Of a stretch of DNA of 64,000 nucleotides, positions 26,906 to 41,178 are shown piece after piece. Source of the DNA: Octopus vulgaris (Eukaryota). Positions within the stretch are counted from its first letter, which is position 1. Each line of letters starts with the position of its first letter. Where the stretch lies: contig OX597829.1 in NCBI GenBank assembly GCA_951406725.2, positions 22,506,001 through 22,570,000 of the forward strand, written 5' to 3'. Made by a program: the position numbers and the translations under genes. The notes below the pieces were generated by a model that worked only from the letters and a program-made list of their open reading frames with translations, ran no database searches and was not told where the DNA came from.

Positions 26906-27474
26906 ACCACTATGCCACATACTTTCATCCTGACTAAAAGATTAAAAAAAAAAATCATTCTGCTTTTTATTCAGATGCAGTGATTCTAATATTAAATGTG
27001 ATTCTATTATTAAATAGTGATTCTAATATGAAATGCTTCATAAGACAGGAAGGATCAAGTTTAAGGGTTATTCAGCTGTTATTTCTAGCAGGCATGTCTT
27101 GTGACCATGTACTGATGCTTCTTTTTGTTGCCAAAAACAAAAGAAAGAAAAAGCAAAAAAAAGAAACAGTCATTGCCTTGTAAAGTGATTCATTTCTTTG
27201 GGATTTACCAATGTTTGAAATAATATGATAAATAAATAATTAATTTTACTTAGAACTATGTTGTAATTAGTGAAGTAATTAATGTAAATATTTCCCTTAG
27301 ATATTTCTCTCAGACAATGGCAGAATGACTTATAATAAAATCATCTGAAGCACTGCCAAAAAAAAAACAATAATAAAAATAATAATAATGATAATAATAA
27401 AATATAATAATTAATTAATTATAGATAAAAGACATGATGCTTTAATAAGTGCTAGAATAAAGTACTTTGAAACA

Positions 27475-28285
<811 letters not shown>

Positions 28286-29334
28286 GACTAAGCCAAATAA
28301 ACAAATTATTATTAGCTGCTAATAGAATAAACAAAATAGAAGGTGAGTAAAATATCTAATTTGTATTAACATTAATGTTTACCAGGTGCTAACAGCATTC
28401 TTCTTAGTTATAAAATGTATATTCTGTTTGCGATACCCAGTGTCATTGAGTGCATTTATATAAATTTGGTATTTATTGAATAATGCTACAGAATAACTGA
28501 AGGTGGAGCGAGATTTTTTTTTCTATTTTTTTGTTTTTGTTTTACTTTCTCTTTAAATTAACAGGTGTAGTGAAATCTACAGGTAAGGTTTAAGAGTGCT
28601 TGAGGAAGGCGAGATGGGTGATGGGCAGGGGTGGGGCGGTTTCTACTGTTTGAAATCATTACAGTTGTCTGTGTTTCTGTTTAAGATTTAGGGCAGGCAG
28701 CTCTGTCAGAACAGATCTATGATCAAAGATCTTCCAGCTGCGACCATCTAGCCTTTTTTTTTTGTATATTCATAATTACATTATCCAATGCATTTTTGCT
28801 TTCTAAAGACAGGAGGGAGGGAGGGAGGGAGAGAGGCAGAGAGAGGGAGGGAGGGAGGGAGAGAGAGAAAATTAAGAGAATTTTGATTGCTATTTCTAGC
28901 AAATCAAGTAACTACAGAAATTCATTTGGTTGAAATTCTCACTTGATCCTCTGTGTGTGTGTGTGTGTTGTGAGTGTATGTATGTGTATGTGTGAGTGTG
29001 GATAGGGGCTCTCTCTTCAACGCAAACTTCTTTCTCTCTCCAAAGAATTGTTCGGTTGAATGTTTACACTTCTGTTCCTTCTCATAGCATAAAACTTTCT
29101 TCACTGTGTTGTTGTTGTTGTAGGTTTGGTCAGGAGGAAGGAAACTATACCTATAGCCTTCACAAATCCTCCAGTACTGAGCTATATCCATGATCTTCCT
29201 ATATCCTACAAGACCTGACCTCTAACGCCTACTCAACAATGTTGTTCCAAAAAAAAAAATAAACAATCAGCGGTGGTGCCCCAGCATGGCCGCGGCCTTC
29301 GGGCTAAAACATTTTTAAGGATTTAAGGATTTAA

Positions 29335-30000
29335 TCACATCATTGAAAACTTGATACTACAAGATAATGCGTAATTAATTCAAATCAACATGAATAAATA
29401 AGCATTAAAGTTGACAAAATAATCTGAATGTTGAAGGATTAAAACATCCATATCCAACCCAAATATTCTGCCTACTTTATGTCCTAAGTGACCAGAATCC
29501 AGTCGTTCTAAGAATAAAGAATCACATCACTGAAATCTTGAAGATGCATGATTATTTCAAAACAATGTGAATAGGCGCAGGAGTGGCTGTGTGGTAAGTA
29601 GCTTGCTTACCAACCACATGGTTCCGGGTTCAGTCCCACTGTGTGGCACCTTGGGCAAGTGTCTTCTACTATATAGCTTCAGGCCAACCAAAGCCTTGTT
29701 ATTGGATTTTGTAGACGGAAACTGGAAGAAGCCCGTCGTGTATATGTATATGTGTGTGTGTCCCAACATTGCTTGACAACCGATGCTGATGTGTTTATGT
29801 CCCCGTAACTTAGCGGTTCAGCAAAAGAGACTGAGAGAATAAGTACTAGGCTTACAAAGAATAAGTTCTGGGATCAATTTTCTGGACTAAAGGCAGTGCT
29901 CCAGCATGGCCGCAGTCAAATGACTGAAACAAATAACAGAGTAAAGAGTAATATAAGCATTACATTTGATAGAAAAATCTGAATGCCAAGGGGGGGTTAA
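29335..30000. mobile_element. piggyBac-like MITE copies, the second split by SINE A (29573-29950)
   Basis: Ends AATCTGAATG..GGATTAA (~29442) and AATCTGAATG..GGGTTAA (30000). Body shared with 10119-10605. Confidence 0.65.
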
Positions 30001-30186
30001 GCACAAATAGCTAAGAGATGGGGCTGTTGTGGTGTGATAAGCAGAGGCTTGAGTTTAAGACAAGGAGTTGAAGAACAATGGTAATCTAGACTGAGGAGAG
30101 TGGGAGGGGGGCGTGAATAGAACGTTATTCAAAAGAGAGCAAAACTGTTGGTTTCTGTTGGGAAATGGGAAAACGGAGAAAATATC

Positions 30187-30389
30187 TATTTCTTTACTAC
30201 CCACAAGGGGTTAAACACAGAGGGGACAAACAAGGACAGATCGACCCCAGTGCATAACTGGTACTTAATTTATCGACCCCCCAAAAGGATGAAAGGCAAA
30301 GTCGACCTCGGCAGAATTTGAACTCAGAACGCAGTGACAGATGAAATACCGCTAAGCATTTCACCCGGTGTGCTAACGATTCTGCCAGC
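30187..30389 (-). mobile_element. SINE family B, tail type 3
   Basis: B core plus tail TTTGTCCCCTCTGTGTTTAACCCCTTGTGGGTAGTAAAGAAATA. Confidence 0.8.
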
Positions 30390-30398
30390 AATGATGCA

Positions 30399-30454
<56 letters not shown>

Positions 30455-30636
30455 TGCGAGTGTGTGTGTTTGTTTACATTGGCACTTCTCTGAAATAGCT
30501 GAGCTGCAAGTGGCACATTGTTGTCATTTGCCGTTCTTAGTGCTTTCAAAGAACTCTCTTACTTGAAAAACATGTAACAGTTTGTGACAGAAAGGGCAGC
30601 TCACTGGTAAAACAATGCCTCAATAATAATAATAAC

Positions 30637-30670
<34 letters not shown>

Positions 30671-30877
30671 TATTCATTGGAACTATGCTGGTGTGAGAAA
30701 AAGTGGATGTAAAAACCAAATGAAAGGAGAAGGTAAACATTTTCTGTACTTCAGCATGAGTGGTGTGTCTATCTCTAGCTATCTTTAATATCTTTGTCTG
30801 TCCATCTGTCCATCCATCCATCCATTTATCTGTCTATTTTTTCTACATCTCTATGTATATATCAGAAGAGAGATACA

Positions 30878-30942
<65 letters not shown>

Positions 30943-31053
30943 TTAAGCGATTGTACTTGCAGAGGACTATAATTTTCAAATTGCCACAGTAACATTATCT
31001 TCCATAATAAAACCATAATTATTGCTAATGAATGAAGTAACCAACCATCAAAA

Positions 31054-31089
<36 letters not shown>

Positions 31090-31567
31090 CATTATTAGTA
31101 CAAGTATGGCAGCCTTCCAATTTCTTCAGAACCATTTCCCATGTTGAAATCACTGAGAACACAGTAAGTTTCGCAAGAATTAATGTACAAGACTTTCAGC
31201 ATAAGAAACAACAAACTGTTTGCATTGTTTTTTTTGTTTTTTTTCCCCACCCCCCCTTTTTTGGTATTATTTTTTTTTATTGCTTTCCTTTTGGAAGCAG
31301 TTGGGGTGAGAGAGTTTTGTTTTGCTTTCTGGTTTGACATAACAGAAACATCACTGTTTGTATACTACTGCTTCTGCTGCTGCTACTACTACTACTACCA
31401 CCACCACCACCACCACCACCACCATTACTACTAAATAACAATAATAAAGGTATGCATTGGATAGAACAAAGACATGGTAGAGGCAAAACCTTGAAGAAGT
31501 AATCGAGAATGACAAGATAAAGATCCTGTGAAACATATTGATCCAATGCAATCATGAAATTGAACAA

Positions 31568-31724
31568 AGGCACAGGAGTGGCTATGTCATAAGAAGCTTG
31601 CTTCCCAACCACATGCTTCTGGGTTCAGTCCCACTATATGCACCTTGGGTAAGTGTCTTTTACTATAGCCTAAGGGAGACCAAAGCCTTGTGAGTGGATT
31701 TACTAGACAGAAACTGAAAGAAGC

Positions 31725-31770
<46 letters not shown>

Positions 31771-32240
31771 CATCGTCATCATTTGACATCCGCTTTCCAT
31801 GCTAGCATGGGTTGGATGATTTGACTGAATTCTAGCGAACCAGATGGCAGCACCAGACCCCAATCTGATCTGACAGAGTTTCTACAGCTGGATGCATTTC
31901 CTAATGCCAACCACTCTGAGAGTGTAGAGGGAGCTTTTATGTGCCACCGGCACGAGGGCCAGTCAGGCGGTACTGGCAATGGCCACACTTAAATGATGCT
32001 TTTTATGTGCCATGTGCATGTGTCTGTGTTTATCCCCACCACCACCACCATCACTGACAACAAATGCAGATGTATTTATGTCCCCATAACTTAGTAATTC
32101 AGTAAAATGAGACCAATTGAATAAGTACTAAGCTTAGAAAGAATAAGTCCTGGGGTTGATTTCTTCAGCTATAACTCTTTAAGGCAGTGCTCCAGCATGG
32201 CCACACTCAAATGACTGGAGCAAGTAAAAGAGTAAGAGAG
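31568..32240 (+). mobile_element. SINE A with a family D element (31770-32010, minus) nested in its microsatellite
   Basis: A head, (TAA)n, reverse D copy, A tail. Confidence 0.8.
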
Positions 32241-32242
32241 TA

Positions 32243-32570
32243 AAGAAAGCCGGATATAGTGGTTGTGAATGAAGTGGATAGAAAACTGGTCTAATCATAG
32301 ACATTGCATCTCCTGTTCAGAGCAGATAGTACAAGGAGAAAAACAGGACAGACATGAGGATTTGAAATGGGAAAATAAAACATTTGCAATGATTGAAGAA
32401 GGTGAGTGCTGCCTGTGACCGTTGTTGAAAAAATACAAGGATTGAAAGAGTACAAGTAATGGTGGAGATAAAGCACTTATAGAAAACAGAGTTGCTACGA
32501 AAATTCTCAAAAATCTAAATGAAAAGAGTTACCATACTCCACTATTTGTGGACAACTGGCAGTTCTGACA
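32243..32570 (+). mobile_element. 3' fragment of an RLE-type non-LTR retrotransposon (R4/Dong-like)
   Basis: KPDIVVVNEVDRK / GLIIDIASP ... EKQDRHEDLKWE resembles the PD-(D/E)xK restriction-like endonuclease motif (KPDIV..IIDIxxP..EK..KYxxL). Frameshifted. Confidence 0.65.
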
Positions 32571-32794
32571 ATTTGTTGCATTCTCCAGCGAAGTTGCTGT
32601 GTTAAATGAGATAAATTAATATGTATTGTAAATATTTAAGCCAATGAAAACTACTAATACAATGAAATTTTGTTGCAAAGAATAAGAGCAAAATTTGCAT
32701 AATTATAAAAAGACCACTGAATTCTTGTGGGGAAGCACAAGATTGACTTTTGCTTTTAGAGGGTAGATATATATATATATATATATATATATCT

Positions 32795-33065
32795 CATCAT
32801 CATCATCATTTAGCGTCCGCTTTCCATGCTAGCATGGGTTGGACGGTTCAACTGGGGTCTGTGAAGCTGGAAGGCTTCATCAGGCCCAGTCAGATCTGGC
32901 AGTGTTTCTACGGCTGGATGCCCTTCCTAACGCCAACCACTCCGCGAGTGTAGTGGGTGCTTTTTACGTGCCACCCGCACAGGTGCCAGACGGAGCTGGC
33001 AAACGGCCACGAACAGATGGTGCCTTTACGTGTCACCGGCACGGGGCCAGGCGAGGCTGGCAACG
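32795..33065 (-). mobile_element. Family D SINE-like element
   Basis: Matches the D consensus. Inserted in (TA)n. Confidence 0.8.
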
Positions 33066-33101
<36 letters not shown>

Positions 33102-34016
33102 TATATAAGATCCAAGGATCTTATATTCTCCATTCTTACCATTCTCTCCACACATTCTGATTGGATCTTCCATGTATAAACATGTTCCTCCTTGCAACAA
33201 TATAAACTTTCATTTAATCAAGATACCCTTGGTCTAACAAACTTGGATATTTACCACTTCTGAGGTTCCATTCTCTATGAAACATATGTAGCCCATATCT
33301 TATCTACTCCATTCCTTAACTCTTGTATGTGTGTGTATTGTTGATTATCTGAATATTACTGGTACATAAATTATAAATAAATCAAGACAGGGTTGACAAT
33401 CAAAAGAGCTGCGTCAAGCAACAATTGGTGAGAAGGTGAAACAGGTGTGTAGAATAGGTCTGAGTGGAAGTGAAGCAGGCAAAGGTATATAGAATGGAGA
33501 TACAACAGGTGTGGAGAAAGCATCTGAGAACATAAAAAGGATGAAATTAAATACCACAATGAGTTTGACTGTTGTTTTTAAGAGGTCTAGTGACCCTGTA
33601 GAAGCTTACTCATTAGTTCAACTCAGTACATCAAGATTCTATAAATATTCCAAGGAAAATTTGAACAGCAAAATCTCATACAGAACCCTGCCAAGGGTCA
33701 TATGAACCCGGGTTGAGAACCACTAGTCTAAAGTAAAGTCCTAAGGTCCTCTAATTTGCTTCCTAGTATTCAGCAGCTTGCATATATTATAAACAACAAA
33801 AAGAATATAAACCAAATGTTATTTACTAAATAATTCCTTCCATTAAATTGATATCTATGTAGAATATTCTGGCTTGATGGTTATACAATTGACCTCTCCT
33901 TTAGCAACTGAACTTTCAATTGTACTACTGAGACTCTAGCTACCCCATAGTAGAGCATTATTTTGTAGGGGCTTTTAGCAAGATGCCACAATTAACAATT
34001 GTCTTACAGAATTCTA

Positions 34017-34162
34017 GCAGGAGTGGCTGTGTGCTAAGAAGCTTGCTTCCCAGCCATGAAGTTCCAGGTTCACTCTCACTATGTGGCACCTTGGGCAAGT
34101 GTCTTCTACTATATATAGCCTTGTGAGTGGATTTGGTAGGCAGAAACTGAAAGAAGCCCATC

Positions 34163-34198
<36 letters not shown>

Positions 34199-34405
34199 AT
34201 TTGTGTGTCTATGTCCCCCTCCCCCATCGCTTGACAACCAATGTTGGTGTATTTATATCCCTGTAACTTAGTGGTTCAGCAAAAGAGATCAATAGAATAA
34301 GTACTAAGCTTATGAAGAATAAGTTCTAGGGTCGATTTGTTTGACTAAAGTTGGTACTCCAGCATGGCCACAGTCAAATGACTGAAACAAGTAAAAGAAT
34401 AAAAA
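34017..34405 (+). mobile_element. SINE family A
   Basis: Matches the A consensus. Confidence 0.82.
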
Positions 34406-34414
34406 ATCAATATG

Positions 34415-34750
34415 CCAATTGACTATTGTCTTGCAGAAGACTCTAGCCATCTATGCAGAAGATTCCAACTATCTGCCAACCATTTGCTTCTTGTAGAAGA
34501 CTGTAGCTACCTGCCAACTGTTTGATGTCTTGCAAAAGATTCCAGCTATCTATCAACAATTTGCTATCTTGCAGAATACTCCAGCTATCAGCCAACTGTT
34601 TACTGTCTTGCACAAGTCTAGCTATCTGCCTATTAATCATTGTCTTGGAGTCCATAGTAAGCTTCCAATTGGCTATTGTCTTGCAGAAGTCTATAGCCAT
34701 TTCTAGTAGCTTCTTACTCTGGGAGCCTTTAGCTATCTGCCAAGTCACCA
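34415..34750. repeat. Degenerate 39-bp minisatellite
   Basis: Unit approximately GCTATCTGCCAACTGTTTGCTGTCTTGCAGAAGACTCCA. TTGCA at 34530, 34569, 34608. Confidence 0.8.
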
Positions 34751-35925
34751 TTGCCTTGTAACTGTTAATCAATGACATTTCATTGTTTTTTTTAAAATTA
34801 ATCAAACAGTATATGCTGTTTAAGTTGTGTTCTATATTTTGGTTATTATTGTTATCACCTGCTAATGGCTGTTTGCCAAAGAAATCAAAAATAGTGTTGG
34901 TTCAGAACAAAATTGTTCTGTTTATAGTAATTTAGAAAAGAAATCAATAAATAAGTCAATCACTAGACATAGAATTTAGTAATAACGCAACATTATCATC
35001 ATCACCATAATTTTATGTCTGCTTTTCATGCCAGCATGGGTTAGATGGGTCATCATGGTTCAAGTTTCTAGACAAGTCAGAGAGCCACATCACGTATGTT
35101 TTATTTTTGGCTTGCTTTCTATGGCTGTATGCTGTTCCAAATGCCAACCACTTTATAGAGTGTACCAAGGTGTTTTAAATTAGCACCATCCCCCACTTTT
35201 TCCCTATGTCCTCATGAACCAGCTGTGTTTCAGCTTGTGTCGCTAACCTCTCTATACCTTATATTGCATGCATTTTAACATGACACCAGCACCAGATTGG
35301 GGTTTGTCTTGTAACCTGAAATATTAAAGAACCATTTCTGATATATAGAATCATCTAGAATGTAATTCCAGCAACCAAAGCACGGAATTACATTTGAAAA
35401 GTTTTTTTTATAAAGTACTATATATTTCTTTGGGTAATTTCTAAAAATTTCTTCTTTTTTTTCTCTCATCAATATGCCAACAAGTAGATATTGGTGGATA
35501 TAGATGATAGGAACAGCAGTTGCATGAATCTACGGAAAACAAACCCCTTGTTATTTATAATAGAAGAGCCCCTGATGATGATGATGCCGATGACGATAGT
35601 GTTGACTCACAAAAGGTGAAATTCTTTTAAAGGAAAAAAAACCCTGAATTCAGAAGTATAACCAACCAACTAATAGAACAAGTCAAATAAATAGGTGTCC
35701 AGTATATGGTTACTAAATATGCTAGAAATAGCAATCAAAAAGCTAATTCACCTTCGTCTGAAAAAGAAAAGAAAAAAACAGACTGGAAAATTTTATTCCG
35801 TTAACTGAAGAATTGGGGAGAATAGGCACGATGGTCATGGTTGGAATGCTCTTGAGTATTGATTTACCAGACTATGACCGATCGTCGACTAAATAGATAT
35901 TATTGTAATTTATAGAAGAAGGGTG

Positions 35926-36337
35926 GGATCTTTTCGGTTTGACCGGCAGTTTTTAAAAATTATTTCCACGTAACTAAACACTTTTAAACTTCGGATACTG
36001 GTAGAATGTGTTTATAAAACATATTTTTCTCTTGGCTTTACTGAGAAAATTCTATAGTTTGTGAGATATTTGTTTGTTTATTTTTCTTCAATTTATGCAA
36101 TTTCAACCAATCAATGACGTCTATTGAAGTGAAAACATTATGTGCCGTATGAATATGTCCCTCGTTTAAGAAACAGATTGGGTTTATTTACATTTCTGAA
36201 GAAAAAGAAAAGATACCCCCCCACCCCTAACCCTAAAACAGATTGAAATGCAATAGATCGATACTAGGGTCGTAATAATGGGTAACAATTTCATATAACA
36301 CCGCTAGAAAAAACTGCCGTTCAAACCGAAAAGATCC
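35926..36337. mobile_element. Intact 412-bp MITE, GG termini, perfect 8-bp TSD (Merlin-like, tentative)
   Basis: TIR GGATCTTTTCGGTTTGA(C/A)CGGCAGTTTTT at both ends. TSD GAAGGGTG at 35918-35925 and 36338-36345. Internal CCCTAACCCTAA. Confidence 0.85.
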
Positions 36338-36868
36338 GAAGGGTGATGAAAGAGAGAGGGGAGGATATGAAATAAAAGTGGGTTGAAACTTCAAGAAGTT
36401 CTTGAAAGAAAAACAGAGGACTTCCTCGTTTCTTCGCAAATGTTGAGAACTGCATTTCCAAAGATCCAGAACATTTTTCTTTGGGTTTTTTTCCTTCTTT
36501 TTATACCAACGAAACAACAATAACTGAAAATTATTTTGTGGTTAGAATTATTAAGATGTAGTACGTATAAAAAGTGTCAGTAGAGAATTATAAAATGGAA
36601 GAGTTGTAAATTAAAAACAAAGGAGATTAGGAAGGAAATATTAGATAAATGATAAGTGGACTGCCAAGTAGAGAAGGAAAACTTAAGAAAAAAAAGCATT
36701 TAAAAAAACGAAGAGAACAAGTTTACGTAAGGAGATAACACATGTGTAGATAGTAAGAGGGTAGCAGTGAGTGATAGTGCGAGCGAAGAAGGGGGGGAGT
36801 GCGTGTATATGTGAAGAAAAGAGCAAAGTAAGAAAGACGGAAAGGGAGTTAAAAGAGGAGTGTCGAAA

Positions 36869-37123
36869 GAAAGAAAGAGAAATAGGGAGAGATGGTCGTC
36901 TGAAGTAAGGTGAGAGTGAGATAGGAAAAAGGGTATTAGAGAAAAGGGAGGGGGAAAGAAAGAGAAATAGGGAGAGATGGTCGTCTGAAGTAAGGTGAGA
37001 GTGAGATAGGAAAAAGGGTATGAGAGAAAAGGGAGGGGGAAAGAAAGAGAAATAGGGAGAGATGGTCGTCTGAAGTAAGGTGAGAGTGAGATAGGAAAAA
37101 GGGTATTAGAGAAAAGGGAGGGG
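36869..37123. repeat. 85-bp purine-rich tandem repeat x3
   Basis: GATGGTCGTCTGAAG at 36891, 36976, 37061. Units are nearly identical. Confidence 0.9.
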
Positions 37124-38959
37124 AGAGATAGAGAGGGTGGGATTCAAATAGGTGAGAGAGAAAATACAAAAGAGGAGATGGGATTGAAGGAAAACGATGA
37201 CGGGGCGAAGGAAGGGGACAGAAAGCAAGAAAAAAAGAAAACCAATACAATATAAGAAGAATAGTATAGGGAACATATACACAAAAACAATTTATTTATT
37301 AATGAAACATCCAGGTAGAAGAAATAAGACTCCATTGGTCTATTTGAGTCATTTCCCTTGGCTCATTTCCTTTTTTTTTTTTTTTAATTTTATGCAAATA
37401 ATTCCAGCCAAATATCTTTGTAATTACCTTGTCTACAGTCAAAGCTAGGTTTGAGTAAACTAAACACTGCTGTTGAGGTCGAATAATACCAAAACAGGTT
37501 TGTAGTTGTTTCCCCTCCTTTGCAAACAACAATTTCCTCCTAAATCAATTTAGTGAAATTAATGCTCAATTTCTTGAAATTATCTCCCTTTTGGTGTGAG
37601 AGCTACTAACAATTACCGTTAGGTTTTTGATTTCTTTCTCTAACAGAGCAATTCAATTAATTGAAGGTACCCCCCCTCTCGAAGTCACTCAGTACATCAC
37701 CTCTCAACTTTTTTTTTAAGTGAGAGGGATGAAGAAAGCATATAATGATTGAACGTGAAAGAAAGAAAGAAAGAATATTACAAGAGAGTAGGAAATAGAG
37801 AGAAAGAGTGATACATGTGTGTATGAAAGAGAGAGTGAAGAAAAGAGGACTAGAAAAATAACGGTGGCTTGTACTAAAGAGGAGTTGTATATAATTAGTG
37901 AGGCTAGAATTGTGAGTGAAATAAGCGCTAAGAAAAACAAAACGTAACAGGGATCGCGCGCGCCTTATGTGTGATGAGTGGCGATAGGGTAGAAAGAGGA
38001 GGTGGGAGGAGAAAATAACAGATTAAAGAGAGTGGAAGATTATTAAAGAGAGAGGGGGAGGTAGAGAGAGAGAGAGAGAGCTAGGCCAGGGATGAGAAAA
38101 GAGAGGGGGACAATAAAAGGGAGTAAAGAAGGCGAAGCGATAATTGGGAGTAGGGTAAGATATTTTGTTTCTTTAGAGAAAAAATGGGCTACGCAAAGGA
38201 AAGAGAAGAGGGGTGATAGAGAAAACACGTCTAAAATCAAGGAAGGAAGTGAAGCAGGGGAGGAGGGAAATAAACAAGAAGAAACAGGGGGAAAAACATT
38301 AAATAAGATGAGAGAAAATTGATAAATTATAATAAAAGTAGGCGAGCCATGAGAAAAAATAGCTGCTCAAAGACAAAGAAAACGGTTTATCTGCGAGAGT
38401 AGGACTTTCTCAAATGACTCTCACGGCAGCCAATCTAAGAATATTAGTTGCAGGGGTAGATATTACCCAACTAAAATCTTATACCAGAGAAATGTGTGGG
38501 TGAGCGCGCGCGAGCATTTGCCAGTATATATATGTACGTGCCTACACGTATGTATGCGTGCATCTGTGAGCGCATGGATGTATATGCGTGTGTTAGTGTG
38601 TACGTGTGTGTGTGGCGACACGCAAACCTTTGTCCAACCGATGAATCAAATTGAAAATAGCGTCTATCGGGAAATACATGCACAAACATACAGCGTGGCC
38701 ATTTCTCATTTACGGATATTAAGTGTGCGCGGTATATCTTATATAACCAAGTCTTCTATTAAAAGATATTAGCTGCAGGGCAAAATCTTACCTTAATACC
38801 ATCATACTATGGCGCTACCCACCCCATATAAACAAACACATGCGCATACAACCATCACTATATTTGTCTTTCTCTCTAGAGGCGCCAGTTGAACAAAGAA
38901 GTTCCACAGTTTTCTGAATATCATTTCACTGTCACAACTGTCTTACATGAAGTGTGTGT

Positions 38960-39410
38960 GTGTGTTAAAGAGATTTCTTCCTAACACCATGTTTCTAGGT
39001 TCATTCCTACTGCGTGGAACCTTCTCCGAATGTCTTTTCCTACAACCCCAGACCGACCGAATGATTGTGAGTAGATTTGAAAGACTGAAATTGAAAAAAA
39101 AAAAAAAAAAAAAAAAGGCCGTTCTGTGTGTGTGTCTGCGTGCGTGAGTGTGTGATTGTGTGCAATGGGCTCTTTTTCAGTTTCTGTCTTCCAAATCTAC
39201 ATAATATATATACAGACATAAGCATCTTTGTCCCTCATCATTGCTTGGCAACCGGTTCTGTTTTGTTTACGTCCTCTTAATTTAGAGATTTGGCAAAAAG
39301 AAACCCGACAGAATAAGTACTAAGTACAAAGAAGTATTGCGTCAGTTTGTTCGACTACCACCCTTCAAGACGGTTGCACTCAAATAGCCTTAATCCAATG
39401 ACTGAATGGA
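38960..39410 (+). mobile_element. Highly degraded SINE A
   Basis: Recognisable head (GGTTCATTCCTACTGCGTGG) and tail (GAATAAGTACT..CAATGACTGAA). Confidence 0.55.
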
Positions 39411-39737
39411 GGAAAAATTTTACATAATACATATCTATCTATATATATATATATATATATATATCACACACACACACAGGTATATGGTGCATGTTCTGAG
39501 ATCAGCAAGAAAAGTACTCCATCTGGTGAGAGATAAATATCATTTTGTAAACACAATATGTTTTTAGGTGCTACTATTAGTTTCATGTGCTGAGAACAGG
39601 TCCACATTGTTTTATAGCATGTCTGTTGTCCCAACACAATCATCGGACACTGCCCGCATACATACGCACAACACACTAAAGATTTGAGCTGGATACAAGT
39701 CAGAAAGATTCTCGACACAGAAGTAGAGTATTCATTC

Positions 39738-40050
39738 TGATCCGGCAGTGTTTCTACAGCTCGATGCCCTTCCTAACGCCAACCATTCCAAGAGTGTAGT
39801 GGGTGTTCTTTACGTGCCACCGGCACAGGGGCCAGAGGGGCTGGCATTGACCACAATCACATGGTGGTTTTATGTGCCACCAGCACGGAAGCCAGTCAAA
39901 GTGGCACATTCGGATGGTGCTTTTTACATGCTACCGGCACGGGGCTCACAACTACAATTTTCATTTGATTTGATTTTGATATTGCTATTGATGTTGATGT
40001 ACTTGACTCATTAGGTCTCCTCAAGAACAGCATGTCACCCTACGATCCAA
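39738..40050 (-). mobile_element. Family D element with internal GTGCCACC subrepeats
   Basis: TTTCTACAGCTCGATGCCCTTCCTAACGCCAACC..TTTTACGTGCCACCGGCAC repeats. Confidence 0.7.
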
Positions 40051-40216
40051 GGTACTATACATACATATAGATAGATTCACACACACACACAGATAGATAG
40101 ATAGATAGATAGATAGATACACACACATACATAGATACATAAATATATATATATATACATACACACACACACATTTTTTTGTATGACATTAGTTGTAAAT
40201 GCAAATATAAATAGTG

Positions 40217-40254
<38 letters not shown>

Positions 40255-40286
40255 TCCTTAGATAAACACATACATGTATACATACA

Positions 40287-40366
<80 letters not shown>

Positions 40367-40550
40367 TAGATATAGATACATACATACATACATGTATATA
40401 GATAGATAGATACATATACATATATACTTAGATACATATAAATATATAGATAGATAGTTAGATACGTATAAATATAGAGATATATAGTTAGATACATATA
40501 AATAGATAGATAGATAGTTAAATACATATATATTATATATATAGAGAGAG

Positions 40551-40597
<47 letters not shown>

Positions 40598-41178
40598 TGT
40601 TTATAATATACACAAACACATATAGACATACATACAAATACATATACACGCACATGCATATATATATACACACACATGCATATATATATATATATACATA
40701 TACACACACACGCACATAGAGAAAGAGATTATACTAAGCACATGTACATACGTATATGCCTACATATATTTATACCAATGCGTATAACATTTACAATGTA
40801 TTTACAAAACTAGAACGATACTAGCTGTAATGTTGTGTCTCAGAGAAACTTTCAGAGATTGTTTTTGCGTCAAAAATAGTCTCACCTAGAATGTCGCTAG
40901 GAGTTTGCCAGATCTGCTGACGACATTCTGTCAGTGACAAAACTCTTCGGGTAAAATATTTTGTTTACCGATTTCTATATCGAAACTAATATTTCAACTT
41001 TGCTCAGATTTATCTGGGGAAAGTTGCTCATCACTGAGGAGAACAAATGAAGTTAAAACATCAGTGTCTGATGATTCAAGCATGCTCTGTATTTCAACAC
41101 ACAATATATTGCAGCTAGCATTCCTCTACCTTTGTATACATAAGTGCAGGCGTGGCTGTGTGGTAAGAAGCTTGCTTC

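Noticed and set aside
36225-36236. Telomere
   Set aside because: Only two CCCTAA units, internal to a MITE.
41030-41070. Hammerhead-like CTGAGGA..AAAACATC in a possible Penelope LTR remnant
   Set aside because: GAAA is absent and stem I does not pair. Same for the CTGATGA at ~3234.
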